The translations under genes and the position numbers were made by a program. A DNA stretch of 64,000 nt from contig CBDCTH010000010.1 in assembly GCA_965222155.1 (NCBI GenBank), positions 2,267-66,266 of the forward strand, given 5' to 3'. A model generated the notes under the pieces. It worked only from the letters and a program-made list of their open reading frames with translations, searched no databases and was not told the DNA's origin. How positions within the stretch are numbered: position 1 is the stretch's first letter; every line of letters starts with the position of its first letter. The DNA is from Gammaproteobacteria bacterium. Lineage in GTDB: Bacteria; Pseudomonadota; Gammaproteobacteria; Eutrophobiales; Eutrophobiaceae. This document shows positions 31,224 through 39,744 of the stretch, piece after piece.

Positions 31224-31873
31224 ACGACACTGCCGGAATCGTGCTTGGCAAGTTGTCTTGGCAACACCTTGATAGAGGCCTCCTGTGTGACGCAGTTCTC
31301 TTCACACTTGCCGCATCCCGTACAACTTTCGGCATGAACCGTGGGTTCGAAATAGGTGCGGCTCCCTACCCTTTTCTGCTCCATGGTAATGGCTTCATCC
31401 TTGATCGGGCAGGCAATATAACAGGCCCGGCAATGGGCGACGCCGGTGACACTGTAACAGGTGTCCGGGCCCGTCAACACGGCAATCCCCATATCGGCGT
31501 CCCTGATATCCGTGAGTTCTTTGCTCAAGGCATCCGTCGGACACGCCGCGACACAGGGAATATCCTCACACATTTCACAGGGGATATCCCGGGCGATGAA
31601 ATACGGGGTTCCCGCCGCCACCTCCGAACCGAATTCAGCCAGTTTCAAAGTGTCATAAGGACAATCCCTGACACACAGGCCGCACCTGACACAGGCGCCG
31701 AGAAAATCGTCTTCCGCAATCGCCCCCGGTGGCCGGATGGCCCAGGCCGGCGTGGAAACGGATTGCTTCGAATAAGACCCGAACAATAATCCCAGAATAC
31801 TCATGGAACCCATCGTATGAGCGCATTGACTTACGAACTGACGCCGGTTGATCCCGCTTTGTTTGTTACTCAT
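31220..31873 (-). CDS. napG: NapG/MauM-type periplasmic poly-ferredoxin with Tat signal
   Basis: MSNKQSGINRRQFV twin-arginine motif and four CxxCxxCxxxCP-type clusters. The start is taken at ATG 31873 because the ORF-track extension is encoded by a repeat (IPACAGM). It overlaps the napH start (ATGA). Confidence 0.75.
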   Translation of the reverse strand: MSNKQSGINRRQFVSQCAHTMGSMSILGLLFGSYSKQSVSTPAWAIRPPGAIAEDDFLGACVRCGLCVRDCPYDTLKLAEFGSEVAAGTPYFIARDIPCEMCEDIPCVAACPTDALSKELTDIRDADMGIAVLTGPDTCYSVTGVAHCRACYIACPIKDEAITMEQKRVGSRTYFEPTVHAESCTGCGKCEENCVTQEASIKVLPRQLAKHDSGSVV

Positions 31874-32097
31874 GCTCGCAATCGCCATCCCCGCGCAAGC
31901 GGGAATCCAGTCGAAACAACGATTCCCTCCTGTTACCCGGAATACCATCAGCAGCATCCGGACCACAATCATCTTATCTGTTCAAGAAAACCCCTGATTT
32001 ACTCAGTATTGTAAACAGTACAAGGATGTATCGGCAAAATCAATTACATTGACTGACTCGCAGCAGCTCCCGCTAACTCCCGGGACCTAGGATATTT

Positions 32098-32143
32098 GGG
32101 ACACCCATAAATTAAATGAGGGTTTTAAATTAATGGGTGTCCC
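32098..32143. repeat. Palindromic element GGGACACCCATAAATTAAATGAGGGTTTTAAATTAATGGGTGTCCC
   Basis: A near-identical copy lies at 43227-43272, and related units lie at 6627-6790. Confidence 0.85.
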
Positions 32144-32284
32144 GGATTTACCTCCCGGATTTACCCTCTCAATAACAAGCCACTACCACTTGCCAAACTG
32201 ACTGTATTTTTACTCTGACCCCAAATATCTTTGCGCAGTAAAGCTAAGAAATCTTTGATCCTTCCCTTGCAAAAAGTAACTTAT

Positions 32285-32563
32285 ATGATACCATATAGGA
32301 TATATGATAATAGCCCCTATGCCGAATGGTTCAGTCGCTTGAATGCAAGCGCTGCAGCCAAGGTGGTCTCAGCGGTACATCGAATGGAACAAGGCAACTT
32401 CTCTAATGTTAAAGGTGTTGGTGGCGTCTATGAGTATCGGATTGATTTTGGCCCTGGCTATCGGATTTACTTTGGTAAGGATGGGGACCAGCTTGTGATA
32501 TTGCTCGCCGGCGGCGCCAAAAAGCGCCAGGATGTGGACATTATGGCCGCAAAAAAGTACTGA
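32285..32563 (+). CDS. RelE/ParE-superfamily 'addiction module killer' toxin
   Basis: YAEWFSRLNASAAAKVVSAVHRMEQGNFSNVKGVGGVYEYRIDFGPGYRIYFGKDGDQLVILLAGGAKKRQ matches the killer-protein family pattern. Confidence 0.75.
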   Translation: MIPYRIYDNSPYAEWFSRLNASAAAKVVSAVHRMEQGNFSNVKGVGGVYEYRIDFGPGYRIYFGKDGDQLVILLAGGAKKRQDVDIMAAKKY

Positions 32564-32583
32564 CTGGACTATAAACGACGAAA

Positions 32584-32925
32584 ATGGCAAGAGGTGTAAT
32601 GATGGTTTTAACAAAAAATTTTAAAGAAACCATTCAAGTGCGCACGCAATGTGATCCGGAATTTCGCAAAGCCTTGCTGAAAGAAGGCATTGAGTGCCTC
32701 CTTACGGGAGACATTGATACCGGCAAAACGGTGCTGCGTGACTATATCAATGCGACGGTTGGATTTGAGGAATTAGCTGAGGTCTTCGATAAATCAAGTA
32801 AAAGCCTCATGCGTATGTTCGGACCTAAAGGGAATCCACAGGCGCGTAATCTATTCGCTGTACTCAGCTATTTGCAGGAGCGGGAAGGGATACGCCTGGA
32901 AGTCAAAACCAGAAAAGTGGCCTAA
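32584..32925 (+). CDS. Addiction module antidote protein (HTH)
   Basis: DPEFRKALLKEGIECLLTGDIDTGKTVLRDYINATVGFEELAEVFDKSSKSLMRMFGPKGNPQARNLFAVLSYL. It pairs with the upstream killer gene. Confidence 0.7.
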   Translation: MARGVMMVLTKNFKETIQVRTQCDPEFRKALLKEGIECLLTGDIDTGKTVLRDYINATVGFEELAEVFDKSSKSLMRMFGPKGNPQARNLFAVLSYLQEREGIRLEVKTRKVA

Positions 32926-32944
32926 GTGGTCTTACAGGCGTTTC

Positions 32945-32990
32945 CAGCGCACGCCCCGGCAGTGCGCGACGCCGGTCACGCTGTAACAGG
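32945..32990 (-). pseudogene. About 45-nt fragment of a napG paralog
   Basis: The minus strand translates to CYSVTGVAHCR..., identical over 11 aa to NapG (31220-31873). About 31 of 38 nt are identical to 31425-31462. It ends exactly at an IS-end-like sequence (32987). Confidence 0.55.
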
Positions 32991-33058
32991 CGAATGCATA
33001 CTTTTAATCCGGCCCCCATCCCTGGATTCATAAACTATGCGGTCACTCTGTGCGGGGA

Positions 33059-33367
33059 TCAAGCACGATACCTTCTTATATCGTGTTTTTTCCAGCCGGG
33101 TACGTGAGCCGTCATCAACGCCTTGAAGAGTTTGCCGTGATTGGGCACGCGCAGGTGCAGCAATTCATGGACGATGACGAAGTTCTGAAAACCTTCTTCC
33201 TGTTCGGTGAGGTCGGCAGCCAGGGTGATGATCCCTGAGGTCGAGCACGAACCCCACTTGTGTGTCATACGCTGAACTCGAACATACCGAGGTCGAACGT
33301 TCAGTCTGCGCGCCCAGTATTCAACATAGGAACGAATGGCATCATGCCGTTTGTCATGCGTCTGCAT
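33059..33367 (-). CDS. DUF45/YgjP-like (M48-type) zinc metallopeptidase, short form
   Basis: [16 protein letters not shown] and [18 protein letters not shown] (HExxH) motifs. It overlaps the hsdR stop by 14 nt. At 102 aa it seems to carry only the catalytic half of the family. Confidence 0.65.
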   Translation of the reverse strand: MQTHDKRHDAIRSYVEYWARRLNVRPRYVRVQRMTHKWGSCSTSGIITLAADLTEQEEGFQNFVIVHELLHLRVPNHGKLFKALMTAHVPGWKKHDIRRYRA

Positions 33368-36305
33368 CGATGTCTGCGTCCAGAAGAATTGAAAGGATGA
33401 GAGTCACGACATTGATCCGTTCCGCCTTATCCAACTGCAGAAGCGGTCGGTAGAGAGCCGCGCGCAGCCGCCGTCTCTCATCGGCGTTGGCGGCCGCGTT
33501 GGGAAAACGAATAAAAAGCTCTTCTGCTTCCCGCGCCAGTGCCAATGTCGAGATGCCGGCGGAATTGATCCCTTCATTATCCCTCAACGCCCAGTGCATA
33601 CCGAATGCGCGCGGCGAGAGACCACTCTTTCCCGCCGCCTCGACGGCTGCTTCCTTCTCCCTGGCCAGGACGGCCAACAGATCCAACGCGACGAGTCCGG
33701 TCGTCTTACGCTCCTCCAGGTCCTTCAGAATTTGCTCGGCTCGTTGCTTTAAAGGCAGCAGTACCGACTCCAGGTCCGGTTCATTCTGTATTTCCTGCCG
33801 GAGACCGCGCACGAGGTTGAACACCTTGGCCTCGTCTGAGCCCGGCTCTCCTCGAAGCGCTTCAAGGGTAGCCACGTCGAACGTCACTGTTCTCTCCAGG
33901 TAGCCAAGACCTTCCTGAACCGCGCTATCCTGCACCATCAAGCGCGTCTTGTTGGCCAGGTCCACCACGTAGTTGACGCGGTTTATATAGGCGTTACACA
34001 CGGTCGCATAGAGCTGGACAAGGCGCTTGAAGGTCAAAACATGGTCGCGTAGCGCCGGTGAAGGCGACAGTATCTCCCAAAGCGCCTCGATTTCCTTATA
34101 AGATTCGATGAATTCCTTGCGCGACGCCGGTTCCAGGAAACGCCCATAGACGATCTCCTCAAGACGCTCGTCCGCAGCGCCGCTCCCCTCGTCACTGAGA
34201 TAGTTTTTTTTCGCCGTCTCGATCTTCTCCAAAAAATCCTTCAGGAGCAGATCGAGGTCTTCGATCACGCCACTTACATCAAGGGAATCGAACCGCAACG
34301 CCTTGTTTAATTCGCTCAACACACCGACGAAATCGACGACAAGGCCGATCCGCTTGGGTTTGCCGTTTACGTCTATGTAAGGGCGGTTCACCCGTGCGAT
34401 CGCTTGCAAAAGGACGTGATCACACATCGGTTTATCGAGATACATACAATAGAGAAGCGGCGCATCGTAGCCCGTCAACAGTTTGTCGGTCACAATGAGA
34501 ATTTTCGGGTTCTCATCCGGTTTCTTGAACATGAGACGTGTGTCCGCTTCACGTTCCGGAGACAGCTGCAACTCCGCAACGAGAGGACGATCGACAATGT
34601 CGGCGGTATTTTCGGTATAGATGGGTGTAATCCAATCAGACGGCAGGAGTTTGTCGAGCGCGTGCTTGTACCTGGCGCAGGCTTCCCGGTTTACCCCGAC
34701 GAGGAATGCCTTGTAGCCGAGCGGCGCCACGTTCTGCTTGAAATGCTCGGCGACAAATGCGGCGACCTTCCCGATCCGGTCATCAGCGGTCAGGAAGGTA
34801 CGCAAACCGACTGCTCGATCGAGGACCTTGTTGAGTTCATCGACATCGGTAACGCCTTCAGCTTTGGCCAAGGCGAAGAATTCCTTGTCCAGTTGCCCCG
34901 CCGGTACTGTCATTTCGCTCGGCGCCATCGTGTAACGGATAGGCAAGGTCGTTTCGTCCTCAATGGACTCGGCGATGGAATACTTGTCGAGATAGCCCAA
35001 TTCATCGTCTACGCCGAATATCTTGAAGGTGCCCTTACCATATGCCGTTTTATCGACAGGCGTGCCAGTAAAGCCGATGATCGTTGCGTTGGGCACGGCC
35101 GCCATCAGGTAGGTGCCGAGATCTCTGGCGACTAAACGATGCGCCTCGTCAATAAAAACGTAAACGTTGTCGCGAGTGTTGGCGTTCTTCTCCAGCCTAT
35201 CGAACTTATGGATCATGGACAGGATCAGGCCGCGCTTATCGGTTCTGAACAAATCCTGGAGTTCGGTCTTGGATCTCGCGTGCCAGACCGCGATGTCCTG
35301 CTGCTGCATCTCACCTAGCAGCCTCTCGACCCAGCCTTTGATCTGTCCTTCCAGCTCCGTCCGGTCCACCACCACGACCACCGTCGGCGTGTGGAATCGC
35401 TCTTTGCGTTCCAGGATCAGGCGCGCGGCGGTGAGCAACGTAAAGGTCTTGCCGGAACCTTGCGTATGCCAGATAAGCCCGCGCCGTTTCGCCGGTTCGG
35501 AGCAACGCTCGATGATACGGTCGACGGCATGACGCTGATGCTGACGCAGCACGGATTTTCGCGTCTCGCCGTCTTCGACGTAGAAGAGAATCCAGTCTCG
35601 CAACGTGCGCAGGAAATCAGTGGGTTCAAAGAACGACTGCACCGCGAACCGGTAGTTCTCCTCCGGGCGTTCCTTCCAGCGCGCCATGAATCGACGCGAG
35701 GCGTTCCATGTGACCCCGTACCAGTAGTCGATAAGATGGGTAACGTTGAAGAGCTGCGCTGACCCTAGCATTTCAGGCGTTTCCTTCTCATAGCGGCGCA
35801 ACTGTGTGATACCCCGCTCAATCGCGTCCCGGTCCTTAGGGTTCTTGTGTTCAACGATAGCCACGGGGACGCCGTTGACGACGAACATCACGTCCGCGCG
35901 GTTGCCCTTGCGGGCCGGCGGCTTGAGCTTCCACTCCCAGGTGACGTGAAGGGTATTGGCATCCGACGTATCAAAGTCCATAAGTCGGACCTGCCGGTTA
36001 CGTTCCTCTACTTCATCGTACCACTGCCGCTCGCCGCGTAACCAGGTGAGAATCTCGCGGTTGCCTTCAATCGTCGGGGGAAGCGCTTCGAGTCTCTCAA
36101 CGACGGAATGGATGACGCCCTCCGTCATCCAGGGGTTGAATTCGCCCAGTTTCGCCATGAGTTCATCGCGAAACAGCATCCCGGCCTCGCCACTTCGCTT
36201 TTGCTTGGCTACCTCGGGTGGGACCGGCGTCCAACCGATCTCTGCTGCATGGCGAATCATGGGGAACTGGACCGAGGCGGCCTCGGTGATTTTGAGGTCG
36301 GTCAT
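33354..36305 (-). CDS. hsdR: Type I restriction enzyme R subunit
   Basis: 983 aa. It has an N-terminal nuclease region, SF2 helicase motifs ([24 protein letters not shown]) and a long helical C-terminus. It lies in an operon with hsdM and hsdS. Confidence 0.9.
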   Translation of the reverse strand: MTDLKITEAASVQFPMIRHAAEIGWTPVPPEVAKQKRSGEAGMLFRDELMAKLGEFNPWMTEGVIHSVVERLEALPPTIEGNREILTWLRGERQWYDEVEERNRQVRLMDFDTSDANTLHVTWEWKLKPPARKGNRADVMFVVNGVPVAIVEHKNPKDRDAIERGITQLRRYEKETPEMLGSAQLFNVTHLIDYWYGVTWNASRRFMARWKERPEENYRFAVQSFFEPTDFLRTLRDWILFYVEDGETRKSVLRQHQRHAVDRIIERCSEPAKRRGLIWHTQGSGKTFTLLTAARLILERKERFHTPTVVVVVDRTELEGQIKGWVERLLGEMQQQDIAVWHARSKTELQDLFRTDKRGLILSMIHKFDRLEKNANTRDNVYVFIDEAHRLVARDLGTYLMAAVPNATIIGFTGTPVDKTAYGKGTFKIFGVDDELGYLDKYSIAESIEDETTLPIRYTMAPSEMTVPAGQLDKEFFALAKAEGVTDVDELNKVLDRAVGLRTFLTADDRIGKVAAFVAEHFKQNVAPLGYKAFLVGVNREACARYKHALDKLLPSDWITPIYTENTADIVDRPLVAELQLSPEREADTRLMFKKPDENPKILIVTDKLLTGYDAPLLYCMYLDKPMCDHVLLQAIARVNRPYIDVNGKPKRIGLVVDFVGVLSELNKALRFDSLDVSGVIEDLDLLLKDFLEKIETAKKNYLSDEGSGAADERLEEIVYGRFLEPASRKEFIESYKEIEALWEILSPSPALRDHVLTFKRLVQLYATVCNAYINRVNYVVDLANKTRLMVQDSAVQEGLGYLERTVTFDVATLEALRGEPGSDEAKVFNLVRGLRQEIQNEPDLESVLLPLKQRAEQILKDLEERKTTGLVALDLLAVLAREKEAAVEAAGKSGLSPRAFGMHWALRDNEGINSAGISTLALAREAEELFIRFPNAAANADERRRLRAALYRPLLQLDKAERINVVTLILSILLDADIDADA

Positions 36306-36535
36306 AGCGGACTCGTGCTAGTCACACAAGCCGGGTGGAAAAGTTCTTGACATGAGTACCCTTTGCGCTTACAAAAAGCCTGTTGGGAATTGCGGACGGA
36401 CTCGAGGAGGGCTGTCCAATCCGATGAAAGGTTTCCTCCTGATGATAAGCGATCCAAGTGAGAACTTTCCGGTAACGGGGTAGTCAGGAGATGCATTCTT
36501 TTAACTGACCATCTGTTCAATCCGGTCTTCCTCAC
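36302..36535 (-). other. 77-codon upstream ORF coupled to hsdR (stop overlaps the hsdR ATG). It contains the conserved peptide TPLPESSHLDRLSSGG.
   Basis: GTG 36535 overlaps the stop of a DUF3800 3' fragment, and TGA 36302-36304 overlaps ATG 36305 (ATGA). The peptide is shared with 38158-38211, and the nucleotide differences are almost all synonymous. Confidence 0.4.
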
Positions 36536-36650
36536 GCTTTGATGCGAAAAATATCAAATTTACTGCGAATCGCTGCTTGGATACGATCACGATAGGCTGA
36601 AATCTCCTCTTTCCCACTTGCGGGACAACGATAGAGTCGCCACGCATTCA

Positions 36651-36710
36651 CGAATAAGCCGGAATAAGCCGGAATAAGCCGGAATAAGCCGGAATAAGCC
36701 GGAATAAGCC
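36651..36710. repeat. Microsatellite: six tandem copies of the 10-bp unit GGAATAAGCC
   Basis: CGAATAAGCC followed by five GGAATAAGCC. It lies between the stop of the AlbA_2 gene and a duplicated DUF3800 3' fragment (36536-36640). Confidence 0.9.
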
Positions 36711-36721
36711 CCATTGCAGTC

Positions 36722-38146
36722 TCACAGAAGTTGCCAACGCGCGCCCCGGCCGTGTCCCATAGCTGTGACCAAACCGCGAGCTTTGAGTATGGCGAGGTCC
36801 TCGCGCAATCGTCGCTCGTTGGTATGCGGCCCTAACTGAACGCGGATATCGCGCAAAGCCAGACCATCATCCGTATGACCCAGCAGGGCAAGAATTGCCT
36901 CTTGCCGTTCAATCGAACCGCTTCCGGTACGTTGTTGCGGCACGAATTGGCCGTGCCGGAAGCGTACGGTCACACAGTCGTTGGCATCCTCAATATCAAG
37001 GGTCGGCAACCCTGCTGCATTCGTCAGTTCCGCCATCTTGAGAATCCCACCTCCCCACTCCTCAATGACGCCACGCCGGTAGAAGGTGTTGGCAATTAAT
37101 GGATTCCAAGGGCGCGATTCGTGCGGCGCGAACAATTTTTCCGGGGTCAACCCGAAGTGCAGCGAGCCGGGTGAGGTCACCTCCAGACGGTCGTCGTAGA
37201 TCGCCACTCCCACCGAGCCGCCACCAATCGAATAGTCGCGATGGCAGAGGGCGTTAGCCAGCGCTTCCCGCGTTGCGAGAGGCGGGTAGAGCGGTTCGTC
37301 GATCCGTTCAAAGCGGTCCGATTCGAACCGCCCCGCGATGGGGAGGCTATCCCGCAAGAAGCGCTCGGCGTTGGAGAGCAGCGCGAAGGCGTTACCCTTG
37401 AACTGTCGATTGTCCAGGAACTCCATCTTGTCGAGGCCCCGGAAACGGGCAACGCGAAGCAGGCACTGCGGCATCTCAAACTCGAGGCGCTTCTCGTTGC
37501 CGAACAGCACCGCCGCCGCCTTCAGTAATACGTCGTCGTGCAGCAACCCAAGCCCGCGCAATAACTCAACTGGTTCCCGACTTACAGGCTCTTCCAGTCG
37601 ACCGCGCCGGATCGCCTCTGCAGCCGTGCGCCGAAGCTCAGCAACGTCGAGGTCATTGATTGACCAGCCGGCGGCTGGTTGGTTCTCCCAGCGCTGATAG
37701 CTGTGCATCCGCTCGAAGAGCATTCGGTTGTACTCGTCGGCGGACATGGCCACGGTCGTACTCCCGACACGGCGGTAGGCTGTGCCCCGGTAGCTGTACG
37801 GCCTCGCCGTCCCCTGGCTTGTACCGACTATGATCACTTCTCGGTTGCCCCCTACCTGAACCCGTCCGACCGTTGGAAAAACCGGCGGTTCGATCCGTCG
37901 AAGCTCGGCGCTCAACTGCTCGATGGTGCGGTCGCCCACCTGCTGGCCTGTCACACCCCTTTCCGACGTTACACCGAACAACACCTGCCCGCCGTGTTGA
38001 TTGAGCATGGCACACAAAGTCTCAACCGCTTCACGACGCGTCCCCGTAGTGCTCTTGAACTCCAACGTCTCTGATTCGCCGATTGCAGCTAACGCTAATA
38101 TTTCATCAAGGGTCATGGATGCGCTCTCCTCTGTTTCGGTCCTCAT
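36722..38146 (-). CDS. AlbA_2 (Schlafen-like) / HATPase_c_4 (RecG-C-terminal-like) / winged-HTH protein (COG2865-type)
   Basis: IGESETLEFKSTTGTRREAVETLCAMLNQHGGQVLFGV (AlbA_2). REALANALCHRDYSIGGGSVGVAIYDDRLEVTSPGSL (HATPase_c_4). C-terminal LALRDIRVQL...LAILKARGLVTAMGHGRGARWQL (wHTH). The start is ATG 38146 or 38116, and the ORF-track start at 38320 is a TTG extension. Confidence 0.75.
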   Translation of the reverse strand: MRTETEESASMTLDEILALAAIGESETLEFKSTTGTRREAVETLCAMLNQHGGQVLFGVTSERGVTGQQVGDRTIEQLSAELRRIEPPVFPTVGRVQVGGNREVIIVGTSQGTARPYSYRGTAYRRVGSTTVAMSADEYNRMLFERMHSYQRWENQPAAGWSINDLDVAELRRTAAEAIRRGRLEEPVSREPVELLRGLGLLHDDVLLKAAAVLFGNEKRLEFEMPQCLLRVARFRGLDKMEFLDNRQFKGNAFALLSNAERFLRDSLPIAGRFESDRFERIDEPLYPPLATREALANALCHRDYSIGGGSVGVAIYDDRLEVTSPGSLHFGLTPEKLFAPHESRPWNPLIANTFYRRGVIEEWGGGILKMAELTNAAGLPTLDIEDANDCVTVRFRHGQFVPQQRTGSGSIERQEAILALLGHTDDGLALRDIRVQLGPHTNERRLREDLAILKARGLVTAMGHGRGARWQLL

Positions 38147-38328
38147 TTCCTGGTAAAGCCCCCCGATGACAAGCGGTTCAGGTGGGAACTCTCGGGCAAT
38201 GGAGTAGCAAGGGTGATCATTTTTTTGTTTGTAACCCCCTCGCAGTTCCAATAACGCTTGACATGCGGCTCCATCAAGAGGTAAGTTTGTAATTGGTTTA
38301 AAGTCCCTCCCTGACGACAAGGGCCCAA
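38143..38328 (-). other. Upstream ORF coupled to the AlbA_2 gene. It contains TPLPESSHLNRLSSGG.
   Basis: The stop TGA 38143-38145 overlaps ATG 38146 (ATGA). The conserved peptide is at 38158-38211. Confidence 0.35.
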
Positions 38329-38401
38329 GGGGCCCTCTCCGGTGACGGAGTAGTCAGGGGGGGCATTCTTTTAACTGACCGTCTGTTCAATCCGGTCTTC
38401 C

Positions 38402-39145
38402 TCACACCTTGACGCGAAAGATATCGAATTCACTGCGAATCGCCGCCCGGATACGATCGCGATAAGCTGAATCTCCTCTTTCCCACTTGCGAAACATTGC
38501 CCAGCAACAGTAGTCTGCCAATTGTAGTCCGTAATGTGAGCATGACGCGTGGTGGAACGTTCGGAGCCTCGTGCCACCTGGGAGCATTCGCGCCAACGTA
38601 TTTCGCACAACGGTCCCTGCCGCCTGTCGCTTCCCGGTGAACGGCAGGGTGTCGGTAATGACAATAAACTCCCCAGCGCCTCTTTCAATCTCCTCGCGAA
38701 TGACAAATCTGAGAAGATAGCCCAGCATTCTCGGATAAAGGCGACTCCCTTGCCGCAACGACAGAGTTGCTTTGCGTTTCTCGACTATCAGACAGTCGAT
38801 GCGGATATCGTCAAGATGGGCGACAATCAGATCGAAGACGCCATCTCGTACGCGTCGGTTGTCTTTAGCGCAGTGGAACGACTCCAAGTCCAGTCCGAGT
38901 TCCAGGCACCCGTGCCGGTACGCGTCAAGCGGCCCCATTGCAGGAAATGGCCGGCACAGACTGACACTGGTCAACACGAAGTGGCGCGTGCCGTTGGCAC
39001 TGAAATCGAAGTTGCCTGACTCGTCCAGGAAGATGTATGAGTGGTCAGTCACCTCATCATCTCCTTCAAGAACTCGTTTGTATATTGAAGATATCGCAAC
39101 GCAATGGCTTGATGAGCGAGGGGAGCTTGTTGCGCATGAACCCAC
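38402..39145 (-). CDS. DUF3800-family protein
   Basis: YIFLDESGNFDF near the N-terminus and GLQLADYCCWA near the C-terminus are the DUF3800 hallmarks. A GTG at 39052, preceded by AAGGAG, is an alternative start. Confidence 0.7.
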   Translation of the reverse strand: MGSCATSSPRSSSHCVAISSIYKRVLEGDDEVTDHSYIFLDESGNFDFSANGTRHFVLTSVSLCRPFPAMGPLDAYRHGCLELGLDLESFHCAKDNRRVRDGVFDLIVAHLDDIRIDCLIVEKRKATLSLRQGSRLYPRMLGYLLRFVIREEIERGAGEFIVITDTLPFTGKRQAAGTVVRNTLARMLPGGTRLRTFHHASCSHYGLQLADYCCWAMFRKWERGDSAYRDRIRAAIRSEFDIFRVKV

Positions 39146-39165
39146 CTGTCATCGTTCCACTGGAT

Positions 39166-39744
39166 TCAGCTTTTAGAGTGAATGTATTCATTAGTTCTGA
39201 TTCTCCGCCGAATCTCCCTTTCTGCTGCACCCAACGCATAATACCTATTACCCCCCTTTACTGTTGCGACAACTCGACTCTGGGATTGATAGTGACGGTA
39301 TGCCTCATCAGGGAGGCATCGTTCGCATATGAAGTCCGTTCCTTCATAATTGTCGCTATAAACCAATTGCGCGTCACAGTCTGGGCAGAAACACCAAAGA
39401 TTCGATATCTCGTTACCAGTCCATGACCAACGCCATTTCGCTCCGTCCAGCATATCTTCAGTATAGTTTCGATATGCTGGTTCATTCTGTGGACGAAGAG
39501 CCATATATAGCCAAGCAAGACCAACGAGCGCAAATAATCCGATAATCAGAATCGCCCAACCAGGCATCGAATAGTAAGAGATTAGCGAAGTCCAAGCCCA
39601 AGTGATGCCCTCCCACACCCATGACATTGCTTCTGCCACGAAACCGCGCAATTGCGGGACGGCGGATAATATCAACCCTCCAATCACTGTTGCAATGATC
39701 CCGTTTCTCACGGAATGTGAATGCTTATCTGTCATAAATTCCAA
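39166..39744 (-). CDS. Uncharacterized 2-TM membrane protein with a C-terminal CxxC...CxxC zinc-ribbon-like domain
   Basis: TM segments GIIATVIGGLILSAV and WAILIIGLFALVGLAWLYMAL. The C-terminal domain is WRWSWTGNEISNLWCFCPDCDAQLVY...FICERC. The start overlaps the hsdS 3' end by 20 nt. Confidence 0.6.
   Translation of the reverse strand: MEFMTDKHSHSVRNGIIATVIGGLILSAVPQLRGFVAEAMSWVWEGITWAWTSLISYYSMPGWAILIIGLFALVGLAWLYMALRPQNEPAYRNYTEDMLDGAKWRWSWTGNEISNLWCFCPDCDAQLVYSDNYEGTDFICERCLPDEAYRHYQSQSRVVATVKGGNRYYALGAAEREIRRRIRTNEYIHSKS

Noticed and set aside
34404-35135. Large antisense ORFs inside hsdR. Comparable ones lie inside metH (47221-47919), mtdA (10796-11452), hsdM (41502-42041), the MopB gene (57232-57951) and elsewhere.
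   Set aside because: They lie opposite to, or out of frame with, strongly supported genes. Their composition is Arg/Pro/Gly-rich, typical of shadow ORFs, and they have no recognisable motifs.
36425-38400. The repeated 60-nt modules flanking genes as integron attC sites or gene cassettes.
   Set aside because: There is no intI gene and no convincing RYYYAAC/GTTRRRY core sites. The three-base periodic, synonymous divergence points to translated sequence.
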